64,000 nucleotides of DNA from Gaiellaceae bacterium (GCA_035473635.1 DATIOD010000055.1:4685-68684), one strand, 5' to 3'; positions 1-8,708 are shown, counted from the first letter of the stretch. Notes: a model not told the origin generated them from the letters alone. Numbers and translations: made by a program.

Positions 1-672
1 GGGCCGTGATTCGTCCCAGCGTGCGGCAAGGTCTCGGGCGTCGAATCTCTCGGCTGCATCGAGCGCGCTGGCCGCCCGCTTCGAGGTCGCCCTGCCGAAG
101 ACTCCGCTGAAAAGCCACTTGCGAGTAAGTCGAGCGAGGCGCAGCTTGTCGTCCGTCAAGTCGGGCGCGCGTCTCGGCTTTAGGTAGAGATCGATTGCAA
201 CCTTCTTGACGAGCGCGGGGTTGCCTGGCGCGCCCGTTGCCTCCTCGAGCCGGTAGGCCACGAGCGAGGCGAGAACTTGCAGCTCGCGCACGCCGGTGCG
301 CACGGCAATACCGGTCGAAACCGTACTGGCGGCGAGGATCCCCCACGGCATGCGGCTGAAGCGTGCGCTGCGGATGAGCACGCGGACGACGGGCACCGCC
401 AGCACGACCACACGCTGGACCTTGTCGGCCAGCGCCTCCGCGTCGGCGCTGCCCGCGAGCAGCCGCTTGCCCTCGGCAGCCGAGGTCACGCGCTTGTCGG
501 TCAGGAGCACGTGGTCGACCGCCGCGTCAGCGAGGTTGCCGACAGCCTCGACGAGCGCGCCGCCGGCGATCTGCGTCGCCGCGCCGGCTTGCTTCCCGGC
601 TGAAGTCGCGTGCGCGCGGAGCCGCGCCGCCCGGCTGATCTGTGGATCTGTCGGCTCCTCCAGAGTCGTCAT
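1..672 (-). CDS. hypothetical protein; 3' end runs off the left edge of the window
   Basis: My own minus-strand translation. ATG at 672-670, no stop in frame down to base 1 (224 codons, MTTLEEPTDPQISRAARL...), strong G/C at codon position 3. It starts 8 nt after the Ku stop. It is missing from the ORF track because it is truncated. Confidence 0.5.
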   Translation of the reverse strand, partial: MTTLEEPTDPQISRAARLRAHATSAGKQAGAATQIAGGALVEAVGNLADAAVDHVLLTDKRVTSAAEGKRLLAGSADAEALADKVQRVVVLAVPVVRVLIRSARFSRMPWGILAASTVSTGIAVRTGVRELQVLASLVAYRLEEATGAPGNPALVKKVAIDLYLKPRRAPDLTDDKLRLARLTRKWLFSGVFGRATSKRAASALDAAERFDARDLAARWDESRP

Positions 673-679
673 CCCCACT

Positions 680-1531
680 TCAGCGCCGCGATGTGGCTCT
701 CCCATTGCGCTTGGCATTGGTCTTAGGCGATGCGGCTCGCTTTGATGTCTGACGAGAGCTGCCTCGCGTTTGCTCGATCGAGGCGCGCAGCGCCTCCATC
801 AGATCGGGCGGCGCCTCCTCTTTGCGCTCCACCGCGCGGTGCACTTCTTTGCCCTGCACTTTCGCGCGGACGACCTTTCGCAGCCCGGTCGTATACGTGT
901 CCTTGTACTTCTTCGGCTGCCACTTGCCGGAGAAGGCCGAGATCAGGTCGAGCGCCATCTCGAGCTCACGGCTCGGCACGCTCGGGAGACGATCAAGGAT
1001 GACGCCGTCCGGTGGCTCGACCTCGTCGGCGAAGTGCATCTGCTCGAGCATGAGCGCCTTGCCGCGCACGCGCAGACAGCCCAGATATTGGCGGTTGCGC
1101 ATGACGAACTTGCCGATTGCCGCAAGCCCAGACTCCTCCATCGCCCGCAGGAGCAGCGCGTATGTCTTCTCGCTGCCCTCGTCGGGCGCGACAAGGTAGG
1201 TGTGCGCGAAGAAGGTCGGGTCGATCTCGTCATACGGAACGAAGTCCTCAAGCTCGATGGTGCGCTGCCCCTCGACCTGAACCGCCTCGAAGTCATCGTC
1301 AGTCAGATGGACGAGTTCGCCCTTCTTGTATTCGAACGCCTTGACGATCTCGTCGTTCGAAACCGGCTTGTCCTCGAGCTTGCAGATCTTCTCGTAACCG
1401 ATCGGACCGTCGTCCGGCTCATGCACGAGGTGAAACTGCAACTTGTGCTCGTGCACCGCGCTGTACACGCGCACCGGCACGTTGACGAGACCGAACGAAA
1501 TCGAACCGGACCAAAGAGCGCGGGGCGGCAC
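680..1531 (-). CDS. ku: Ku protein (non-homologous end joining DNA-end binding)
   Basis: ORF 680..1624. Ku-typical N-terminus RALWSGSISFGLVNVPVRVYSA directly follows an in-frame GTG at 1531, which I take as the start. C-terminal Lys/Arg-rich tail. Confidence 0.88.
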   Translation of the reverse strand: MPPRALWSGSISFGLVNVPVRVYSAVHEHKLQFHLVHEPDDGPIGYEKICKLEDKPVSNDEIVKAFEYKKGELVHLTDDDFEAVQVEGQRTIELEDFVPYDEIDPTFFAHTYLVAPDEGSEKTYALLLRAMEESGLAAIGKFVMRNRQYLGCLRVRGKALMLEQMHFADEVEPPDGVILDRLPSVPSRELEMALDLISAFSGKWQPKKYKDTYTTGLRKVVRAKVQGKEVHRAVERKEEAPPDLMEALRASIEQTRGSSRQTSKRAASPKTNAKRNGRATSRR

Positions 1532-1640
1532 GCCAACCTCTATTCCCAGAAGCCCGACGCAGAAACGGAGAGGACCAGCGCGAAACCGGTTTGCGGCCGG
1601 GGCGGGGGGTAATAAGGCTGGCAACCAAAGGAGGCTTTGA

Positions 1641-1865
1641 ATGGCTGATGGCTTCGTTCACACGGTGTACAAGGACGGTCAGTGGGTCAACGAGATCGAA
1701 GGCGGCGAGCAGATCGGTGGCGTTCATGCCACGAAGGAGGAGGGCGTCGAGGTCGGCCGCGCACGCGCGCGGCAGGATCAGACCGAGCATGTGATCCACG
1801 ACCAGGACGGCACGATCAGCGAGCGGAATTCGTACGGCGGTGATCCCGCGTCACGGCAAGGCTAG
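1641..1865 (+). CDS. DUF2188-like small protein
   Basis: 74 aa. Two half-repeats (VYKDGQWVNEIEGGE / IHDQDGTISERNSYGGDP) resemble DUF2188. Strong SD (AAAGGAGG) 6-7 nt upstream of the ATG. Confidence 0.7.
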   Translation: MADGFVHTVYKDGQWVNEIEGGEQIGGVHATKEEGVEVGRARARQDQTEHVIHDQDGTISERNSYGGDPASRQG

Positions 1866-1891
1866 GTGCATTTTGACGAGAGGAGGCGCTG

Positions 1892-2083
1892 ATGGAGATC
1901 GACAAGAGCATGGTCATCGACGAGATCAAGAAGCAGGGTCAGTCGGAGCGGGTTCAGCAGGCCCTCGACCAGCTGCCGGCGAAGATCGACCACGAGCAAC
2001 ACGCAGCGATGCTCGAGAAGTTCGGCGTCGACCCCGGCAAACTGGCGGAACGCGCAGCGAAGGAAGGGCTCTCGAAGCTCTGA
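1892..2083 (+). CDS. small hydrophilic hypothetical protein (63 aa)
   Basis: ORF with SD GAGAGGAGG a few nt upstream of the ATG. Good codon bias. No recognisable domain. Confidence 0.5.
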   Translation: MEIDKSMVIDEIKKQGQSERVQQALDQLPAKIDHEQHAAMLEKFGVDPGKLAERAAKEGLSKL

Positions 2084-2121
2084 TGCTCACGCGGACGTAG
2101 ATCGATCGGTTAGCAGTCCGG

Positions 2122-2592
2122 CTACTCCTCCGAGCGCGCGCGTGGGCTGCGGCCGTGAGTGAGCGGGACGACGTACCAGATCACAGCGATCCCGGTCCCG
2201 AGCGTTAGCACCGCCACGACTGCGGCGACGACACCGAAGAGGACGTCCGTCACGAGTAGGACGGCGGCGAGGATCCCGAGTGCGAGCGACATCGTTCCGG
2301 CCAGGAACATCCAGTGGCCGACCCGTACCACCTCGCTCTTGCCCCCGGCCTCCCAGCGCATGCGGTGGTACACGGACGGTGCCATCAACAGGATCGTGCC
2401 CCCGGCCGTGAAGAACAAGCACACGAAGAGGGTGGCCCGGCCACCCTCGCCGACCCGCCCGAACCGTGTCGCGAAAGGGACGGTGAGCAGGAATCCGAGG
2501 AGAACCTGGGCACCGGGCAATGCGACACGAAGCTCATTGAGCAGCTCGATCAGCTGCCGGTCGGTCTTCTGCTTTTCGGTCTCCGTCTCCAC
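2122..2592 (-). CDS. DUF6328-like membrane protein
   Basis: ORF 2122..2772. The motif ELLNELRVALPGAQVLLGFLLTVPFATRF plus 3-4 TM helices matches my memory of DUF6328. Start placed at in-frame GTG 2592, because the longer ORF would overlap the upstream gene's end at 2691. Confidence 0.6.
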   Translation of the reverse strand: METETEKQKTDRQLIELLNELRVALPGAQVLLGFLLTVPFATRFGRVGEGGRATLFVCLFFTAGGTILLMAPSVYHRMRWEAGGKSEVVRVGHWMFLAGTMSLALGILAAVLLVTDVLFGVVAAVVAVLTLGTGIAVIWYVVPLTHGRSPRARSEE

Positions 2593-2690
2593 ACATTGCG
2601 TCTTGCCCTTGCCGGGCGCCGAAAAACCGAGCCCGTACGTCGGCGAGCCGCGCCAAACCTCGCGGTCGGCAGGTCGATCGCCGAGAGCGC

Positions 2691-4976
2691 CTAGCGGCGT
2701 ACGACCCGCTCGCAATCGCGAGCGACGACGTCGAACCGGTCGGCGATCACGCGATCCCGGCCGGGGCCGCAACGGATCCGGTCACGCTGGTTGTCACGGG
2801 CGCTCAGGACGTCGTTGCCCGTTCCGCCGATCAGCAGGTCGCGCCCCGGGCCACCGATGAGCGTGTCGTTGCCGCTGCCGCCGTCGATCACGTCGTTGCC
2901 CGCCAGTCCGAAGATCGTGTCGCCGCCGCCGAGCCCCCGCAGCGCGTCCGGTCCCCGGGTTCCGACGAGCCGGTCCGCGTGCTGCGTCGCCCGCGCAACC
3001 TTCGGCTTCGCCGGGCCGGCCGGCGCCGCGACCGGGGCGACCGCGATCGTCAGACCGGCAGCGTTGTCGGCCGGATTCGCGTCCTGTTCGCTCGCGGCGA
3101 TGTTCGCCGAAACCTGCTGGTCGCCGGGGGAGACGGCACGCACGGAGAACCTCACGTGGGTGGGTGCGTTCGGCTGGAGAAAATCGAGGTTGCAGGTCAG
3201 GACTGTCTGGCCCGCGCAACCCGAGCCGCGCTCGAAGGCGGGCGGGCCGACCAGCGCGAGCCCTGACGGCAAGTTGATCGTCAGAACCACGTGGGTCGAG
3301 CCGCCGCCCGCGTCGACTGCGGTCACCGAGATGTCATCGGTGCCGGACACCGTTGCCGTCGGTGCCGTCGCGGAAAGTGCGAGCCGCAGGTCGGATGGCG
3401 CCGCCTGGCCGGCCGATCCCCCTCCCCCGGACGGCGGAGGCGGAGGCGGCGGCGGCGGGGGCGCCGCGGTGACGGTGAACGTGAACCCGCTCGTGGCGGT
3501 GCCGCCCGGCGTCGTGACGGTGATCGGCCCGGTCTTGGCCCCGGCAGGCACGGTGGCCGAGAGCTCGGTGTCGGACGTGACGCTGAAGCCGGCGGCCGTA
3601 CCGCCGAAGCTGACCGCTGTCGCGCCGCCGAGGTGCGTGCCAGCGATCGTCACGCGGCTGCCGACGGGGCCGCTCGTCGGTGTCACCGACGCCAGGGCCG
3701 GCGCCGCGGGCGGTGGGGGCGGCGACGTCGGCACGAGGTGGTAGACGTGCACGTCCCACGGCCCGAACGTGTCTGTCAGCGCGTTGCCCGCGACACCCGC
3801 CGTTCGTCCTTCCGTGTAGACGTCAGCCGTCGTCACGCCTGACGGCAGGCCCGAGATCGTCACGGCCCGGCTCGTCGCCGCAGCGTGAGCAGCGATCACC
3901 CAGATGTCACCGGCACCGCCTGCGCGGCTGATCACCTCGGTCGCCGGGTCGTCGGTCGACAGCACGGCCGTCGATCCCGGATCGACGAGAGCAGGGGCGA
4001 GAGGACTTGCTGCGCTCACCTCGCCGATGAGGCTCCGGAGCGTCGAGTTCCAGAAGCTCCAACTCCACTGGTACTGGCTGTCGGTGCCGCTCCAGCAGTC
4101 CGGATTGTTGCCGCCGTAGAACGCCAGGCTGCGCGCGCCGTTGATGATCGCGTCGTAGATCATGAACCGCTCCTGCGTGCGCGTCGGGAGGACGAACGTG
4201 CCGTTAGGGCCTGCGCTCCCGCTCGCGCAGATCTGCAGAGTCGTCCACACGCTGTGGTTCGGCGTGATCGCGCCCATCGTGCTGGTCCAGGTTCCGACCT
4301 GGTGGAGGTCCGGCGTCGGGTTGGCCGCAGTCACCGGATAGATGTCGACGCCGTGCACGTCCGTCACCGCCGAGTACGGCGCGAGATCCGTGGAGGTGCC
4401 GCGAGGAGCCTGGATCGATACCCACAGATGATCCTGGTCGAGCACCGGCTCGCCGGCGCACCAGCTTGGCTGGCCTCGGCCCGTCGAGCGGCAGAACACG
4501 AGCTGCAGCGCCGAGACGCCGATGCCGCTGAACCACGGCTCGTCGGCGCCTTTCCACATTCCGATCGCCGACGAGGCGCTGTCGCCCTCGAGAGCCGTGA
4601 CCACCTGCGTGAGCAGCTGATCCTTCGACGAGCCCGCAGTCGCCGTACTGAGCGTCGCCAGGTTGATCCAGGTATAGGCGCCGTGCGCCGCGGCCGCCTG
4701 GTCCTCGAGCTTCGCCTCGTCGATGTCGGCCGTCGTCCACGGCACCGTGGCAGGGCCGACCTTCAGGAAGTTCGCACCGGCGCCCGTCACCTCGGCGATT
4801 GCATTGGCGCCACTCGGGGTCGTCCCGTTCGGCGGCGGGCCCTTCGCAAGCACGATCGGAAAGACCTTGCGGCCGTCGACGAGCACCGTGCCGTTCGCGT
4901 CGATGCGCGTCGTGGCCGCGTGCGCGCCACCGGCTGCGACCGCCGCGAGCAGAACCATCAAGAGAAGACGTGCCAA
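2691..4976 (-). CDS. secreted multidomain protein: unknown N-terminal domain, IPT/TIG domain, DUF11-like domain, C-terminal RTX calcium-binding repeats
   Basis: ORF 2691..5138. TTG at 4976, preceded by AAGGA, gives a signal peptide (M)ARLLLMVLLAAVAAGGAHA. IPT/TIG-like segment VTPTSGPVGSRVTIAGTHLGGATAVSFGG. Gly/Asp nonapeptides GGGDTIFGLAGNDVIDGGSGNDTLIGGPGRDLLIGGTGNDVL at the C-terminus. Confidence 0.75.
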   Translation of the reverse strand: MARLLLMVLLAAVAAGGAHAATTRIDANGTVLVDGRKVFPIVLAKGPPPNGTTPSGANAIAEVTGAGANFLKVGPATVPWTTADIDEAKLEDQAAAAHGAYTWINLATLSTATAGSSKDQLLTQVVTALEGDSASSAIGMWKGADEPWFSGIGVSALQLVFCRSTGRGQPSWCAGEPVLDQDHLWVSIQAPRGTSTDLAPYSAVTDVHGVDIYPVTAANPTPDLHQVGTWTSTMGAITPNHSVWTTLQICASGSAGPNGTFVLPTRTQERFMIYDAIINGARSLAFYGGNNPDCWSGTDSQYQWSWSFWNSTLRSLIGEVSAASPLAPALVDPGSTAVLSTDDPATEVISRAGGAGDIWVIAAHAAATSRAVTISGLPSGVTTADVYTEGRTAGVAGNALTDTFGPWDVHVYHLVPTSPPPPPAAPALASVTPTSGPVGSRVTIAGTHLGGATAVSFGGTAAGFSVTSDTELSATVPAGAKTGPITVTTPGGTATSGFTFTVTAAPPPPPPPPPPSGGGGSAGQAAPSDLRLALSATAPTATVSGTDDISVTAVDAGGGSTHVVLTINLPSGLALVGPPAFERGSGCAGQTVLTCNLDFLQPNAPTHVRFSVRAVSPGDQQVSANIAASEQDANPADNAAGLTIAVAPVAAPAGPAKPKVARATQHADRLVGTRGPDALRGLGGGDTIFGLAGNDVIDGGSGNDTLIGGPGRDLLIGGTGNDVLSARDNQRDRIRCGPGRDRVIADRFDVVARDCERVVRR

Positions 4977-5398
4977 CAGACCCCCATCCTTCGGCGAGCG
5001 AAGAGTAGCTCCCGCTCGGTGGTCGAAGGAGAGGGCCGCCCCCGAGAAGGGGCCGGCCCTCGTGGCGTCGGAGGCCAATTCGACGCCGTCACCAGGGTTC
5101 CGGCCGGGCACCGCAGTCGTACGACCCGATTGGGTCAATTGCGCCCGTAGGGCGGACTCGAGCCCCGCCGCCCCCCAAAGCGACGCCGAGCAGCGGGGCT
5201 CCGTAGTTGGCCTCTCGTCCGCCCGCGGCCTGGGTTCGAGGGGAGGGAACCGCGGGAGCCCGACACTACAAAACGTGACGGTCAGCGCGTCGACCCGTGG
5301 CGCCGCGGCCGAGGTTGTGGCCGCGGAAGAAACCTGCCACCATCGGCGTCATGTGATTGCTGCAGCAAGCAGCGAGCGGCACCGAAAGGAGGATCTAC

Positions 5399-6403
5399 GT
5401 GGAAGCAGTGGGCACAGCCCGTCTGACGGACCGGATCCCGGCGGAAAGAGCGGTCGCCGTGAGTTTCGCGAGCCGGGAGATCAGGGACGTCCTTCACGAA
5501 GCGGATGCCACGCCGGAGCTCACGCTCGACGTCGTGGCGGGGGACGGTTCGCCCGAACACGGGACAATCAGCATGACGTGGAGCCGGAGCGATCTCGAGA
5601 AGCTTCTCGACGGCGCATCCGGGGACGACGTCGTGCTGACCTTCGACAGGAACGAGCTCACGGCCGCACTCGGCGACGTCGAGAGCCACGGCATGCGCGA
5701 GCGTGCCGCGGTATTTGCCGTCGCGGTCGTGGGCGCGATCGGAGTCAGCGCCGCAGCCGCGAACGCGCAGGTCGTGGGCGGCGAGGGCGGAGGCCCCGCA
5801 TCGGCCGCCGTGACGGCACCGGCCTTCACCGACGCCTCGTCGACCGGCGGGTATGCCGCTCCGAGTCAGAGCGACGCCGCGGCCGCGCTCCAGTCGCGTT
5901 CGCAGGCGCTGAACGAGGAGTACGGCCTGACGGCCGATGCCCAGAGCGCGACGGCTGCACTGGAGACGCGCAGCCTCGCGATGGACGAGCAGGCTGCAGC
6001 CGGCGACGCTGCGAGCGGTGCGATGGTCACCGACGCATCGTCGACCGGTGGGTACGCCGCTCCGAGTCAGGGCGACGACGCGGCCGCGCTCCAGGCCCGC
6101 TCGCAGGCGCTGAACGAGGAGTACGGCCTCACGTCCGGCCCGCAGGCCGCCGCGCGTGCGCTCGAGGCGCGGAGCGTCGGCATGGACGAGCAGGCCGCAG
6201 TCTCCGACTCGGCGGCCGCCGGGATCGTCACCGACGCCTCGACGGGTGGCGGCTACGCCGCACCGCCGACGGCATCGGTCGGCGGGGGCGGCTTCGAGCT
6301 CCAGGCGCCGTCGACCGACGACGCGCTGCTCGCCGGCGCGGCGCTGATCGTGATCGCCGGTGCCGCGTTCGCCGCGCGTCGCGGCACGCTGCACCGCGCA
6401 TGA
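5399..6403 (+). CDS. hypothetical bitopic membrane protein with 67-aa tandem repeats
   Basis: ORF 5357..6403. In-frame GTG at 5399 lies 6 nt after AAGGAGG. Internal hydrophobic segment AAVFAVAVVGAIGVSAAAANA, two and a half repeats, C-terminal TM helix plus RRG tail. Confidence 0.6.
   Translation: MEAVGTARLTDRIPAERAVAVSFASREIRDVLHEADATPELTLDVVAGDGSPEHGTISMTWSRSDLEKLLDGASGDDVVLTFDRNELTAALGDVESHGMRERAAVFAVAVVGAIGVSAAAANAQVVGGEGGGPASAAVTAPAFTDASSTGGYAAPSQSDAAAALQSRSQALNEEYGLTADAQSATAALETRSLAMDEQAAAGDAASGAMVTDASSTGGYAAPSQGDDAAALQARSQALNEEYGLTSGPQAAARALEARSVGMDEQAAVSDSAAAGIVTDASTGGGYAAPPTASVGGGGFELQAPSTDDALLAGAALIVIAGAAFAARRGTLHRA
5827..6228 (+). repeat. 2 x 201-nt tandem direct repeat inside the CDS; a partial third copy follows to about 6275
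   Basis: Units start at 5827, 6028 and 6229, each beginning caccgacgc. The first ~105 nt of the two full units are nearly identical and the rest is diverged. Confidence 0.85.
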
Positions 6404-6420
6404 CGCAGTCCTGACGAGCA

Positions 6421-6452
6421 CGGTGGGGCGGGCACGATCACCCGCCCCACCG
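6421..6452. terminator. 12-bp perfect GC-rich hairpin between convergent genes
   Basis: cggtggggcggg - cacgatca - cccgccccaccg. It sits between the stop at 6403 (+) and the stop at 6475 (-). There is no clear U-tract. Confidence 0.5.
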
Positions 6453-6474
6453 GTCGTCGCGCGGGATGTCGGTC

Positions 6475-7332
6475 TCACCGCCGGTCGGCGGCATGACGGA
6501 GCCAGACCACCCAGATCACCGCCGCGCCGACCAGCACCGCCGCCCAGCCCCAGTTGAGCGCCGGTCGAAGGACGTCGGGGAACGGCGAGCTCGTCCAGCC
6601 GCGCTCGACGATCTGCTCCGTGCTGCCGTCGTTCAGGATGTCGCCGAGCCCGTACGCGATCAGCAGGGCGAAGAACGGCGTGACGGGCCGGCTCAGCGGA
6701 AGCCGGGTGAGCAAGAGCCCCGTCAGGATCAGCAGCAGCCCCTGCCACCCGTGGTGGATCCCGTGGTGCACCGCCGGATGCGGCGGTGGGGGAGACGTGA
6801 TCGTGCGCCCGGTCTGGAAGATCGAGCCGAGCAGCGGCACGCCGTCGAGGTAGAAGCCGAGGGCAGCCGCGATCCAGTCCACGCAGATCAACGTCGCCGC
6901 CACCGCGAGCGCAATGCGGGCCGGCCCCGCCGGTCGCGCGGGCGAAACGCGCGTGCGCATCGAGAGCGCGAACGCGAGTAGCACGCCGATCGCCGGCAGC
7001 GCGTTCACCGGCTTCGCGTCGAGGTTGTCAATGTCGACCACGCCTGGCACGACGACGACGAGGCAGAGCACGCCGGCCGTCCACGCCAGCCACCGCGGTC
7101 GCGGCGCGATCGCGAGCAGCACGGCGACGGCGATAAGCGCCGCCGGGTAGTTCGTCTCGACGATCGCTCGCGACAGGCCTCCAGCGAGACCCGTGCCGCT
7201 GACGTTGTAGAGGTCGCGCGCCGGCAGGCGCGCGTACGTGACGAGTGCCAGCACGAGGTCGACGACGACGAGCAGCCAGACGGCGAGGACGACGTGCCGC
7301 CCGGAGTCGCGATCCATTCCGGCGATGATCAC
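6475..7332 (-). CDS. hypothetical polytopic membrane protein
   Basis: 285-aa ORF with 7-8 hydrophobic helices and good codon bias. No recognisable family. Confidence 0.55.
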   Translation of the reverse strand: MIIAGMDRDSGRHVVLAVWLLVVVDLVLALVTYARLPARDLYNVSGTGLAGGLSRAIVETNYPAALIAVAVLLAIAPRPRWLAWTAGVLCLVVVVPGVVDIDNLDAKPVNALPAIGVLLAFALSMRTRVSPARPAGPARIALAVAATLICVDWIAAALGFYLDGVPLLGSIFQTGRTITSPPPPHPAVHHGIHHGWQGLLLILTGLLLTRLPLSRPVTPFFALLIAYGLGDILNDGSTEQIVERGWTSSPFPDVLRPALNWGWAAVLVGAAVIWVVWLRHAADRR

Positions 7333-7371
7333 CCGCCCGATCCCGCATCGACACTGAACCGATTCAGCGGA

Positions 7372-7851
7372 ATGGTCAAGGGATTAATCTCGTCCCCGAT
7401 GCGTCTCCGGGGACTGCTGCTCTTCGAGCTCGGCGCCCTCGCCGGGCTGGCCGCCGCCGGCGCGTTCGTCAAACGCGCCATTCCCTCCCGCGGCGACGAG
7501 GACAGTGACGAGCTCGCGCTCGTTGCGGTGCTCGACGGCATCGACATGAAGAGCCGTGCGAAGGCCTTCAGAGGAGGCTCGATGCTTGCGTGGCTCGGCG
7601 GGATCAACGTCGACCTGCGCGAGGCCGAGCTCGCGCCGGGTGCGCGGCTCACGGTCAACACGCTCTTCGGCGGCGTTGCGCTCAGGACGCCGCCGGGTTG
7701 GCGCATCGAGTCGAACGCGAAGGTGATCGCGGGCGGCGTCGACGTGCGGACGCCGGCTCAGGACGACCCGGACGCACCGGTGCTGATCCTCGACGGCGTC
7801 GCCGTGTTCGGCGGCATTGCGGTCGGCTCCAACGTGGGAGGACGAGCGTGA
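7372..7851 (+). CDS. LiaF-like (DUF2154) cell-wall-stress response domain protein
   Basis: ORF 7294..7851; the ATG at 7372 gives MVKGLISSPMRLRGLLLFELGALAG (TM helix). C-terminal FGGVALRTPPGWRIESNAKVIAGGVDV resembles the LiaF C-terminal domain. Confidence 0.55.
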   Translation: MVKGLISSPMRLRGLLLFELGALAGLAAAGAFVKRAIPSRGDEDSDELALVAVLDGIDMKSRAKAFRGGSMLAWLGGINVDLREAELAPGARLTVNTLFGGVALRTPPGWRIESNAKVIAGGVDVRTPAQDDPDAPVLILDGVAVFGGIAVGSNVGGRA

Positions 7852-8380
7852 CCGAGGCGCCTCGTGCCGTCGTCATCGATCCGGATCTACTTTGGCAACA
7901 GGCCGTCACGGCAGCGTTGACGCGCTCGAACGTCTCGAGCTCGTGCGCGCGGCCACCGAGGCCTATCGCGCTCAGTTGGAGGAGACGGGCGCGACCGACT
8001 CGGGCGGCGGCGTGCGGGCGCGGCTGACCCGGCGCGAGCTGGAGATCCTCCGGTTGGTCGCCGAGGGACGCCCGAACAGGGAGGTGGCGAAGATCCTCTG
8101 GGTGACCGACCAGACGATCAGGTTCCACCTCGCGAACACCTACAAGAAGCTCCAGGTTCCAAACCGACACGAGGCGATCCGTTGGGCGATCGCCCGCGGC
8201 CTCGTCCCGCCGAGGCCGCTGGACGACCCGCCGGACGACGAGCCCGGCAGCGGTGTCCGCGAGCCGCGGCGGCCGATCAAGCCGTGGCGTTCGGGCGGGG
8301 CCGTCGTCGACCCGCCGCTCGAGGAGCGCGAGCCGGACGAGACGGAGTCGCCCGACGACCTCGAGCGGCGCGCGGCCTAG
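7817..8380 (+). CDS. LuxR/GerE-family HTH protein; 5' end unresolved
   Basis: HTH LTRRELEILRLVAEGRPNREVAKILWVTDQTIRFHLANTYKKL. Codon bias in this frame is only good from about 7915. Possible starts are TTG 7892 in this frame, or GTG 7848 in another frame (see finding). Confidence 0.7.
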   Translation: MRSAPTWEDERDRGASCRRHRSGSTLATGRHGSVDALERLELVRAATEAYRAQLEETGATDSGGGVRARLTRRELEILRLVAEGRPNREVAKILWVTDQTIRFHLANTYKKLQVPNRHEAIRWAIARGLVPPRPLDDPPDDEPGSGVREPRRPIKPWRSGGAVVDPPLEEREPDETESPDDLERRAA

Positions 8381-8489
8381 CGACGGAGCTGCGGCGCTCG
8401 GCGCCGCCCTCGCTTGACTGGGGGAGACGCCGGAGGCACCGCAGCACGTCCAAGCCTAGACCACCCCCAGAGCGGGTCGTGCGGAGCCG

Positions 8490-8708
8490 TCAGCTCCGCA
8501 CGAGCGGCGTGTAGGCGCGCCTCAGCTTCTCGAATCGGTCGCGGGAAATGCGCGCCCCGTCCGCATTGACGATCGCGAGCGTGCCGCGTCGCGGCTCCGG
8601 GTCCCAGATCAGCACGACGCCGGGCTCCTCGATCGAATACGGCAGGCCGTTCGCCTCCCACAACGTTGCATCGTCGGACGGGGTCGTCGGAACGTCGCTC
8701 TCGCTCAT
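8490..8708 (-). CDS. small hypothetical protein (72 aa)
   Basis: ATG at 8708 within ORF 8490..9236 (MSESDVPTTPSDDATLWEANGLPYSIEEPGVV...). Purine-rich stretch upstream. The rest of the long ORF is a shadow of the + strand TPR gene. Confidence 0.4.
   Translation of the reverse strand: MSESDVPTTPSDDATLWEANGLPYSIEEPGVVLIWDPEPRRGTLAIVNADGARISRDRFEKLRRAYTPLVRS

Noticed and set aside
4977-5138. N-terminal extension of the RTX protein ORF (TTG 5138, MTQSGRTTAVPGRN...)
   Set aside because: Third-position GC is visibly lower than in the body of the gene. An SD-preceded TTG at 4976 gives a clean signal peptide, so the extension is probably untranslated leader.
4977-5398. Possible riboswitch or leader RNA in the 420-nt divergent intergenic region (a segment like gagggaaccgcgggagcc vaguely recalls cobalamin elements)
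   Set aside because: I could not match the B12 box or any other riboswitch core (c-di-GMP, SAM, TPP) by eye. A covariance-model scan (Rfam/Infernal) would be needed.
8391-8407. Short hairpin gcggcgc-tcg-gcgccgc after the LuxR-type gene as a terminator
   Set aside because: The stem is only 7 bp, there is no U-tract, and GC-rich inverted repeats of this size are frequent in this sequence. Not enough support for a feature call.
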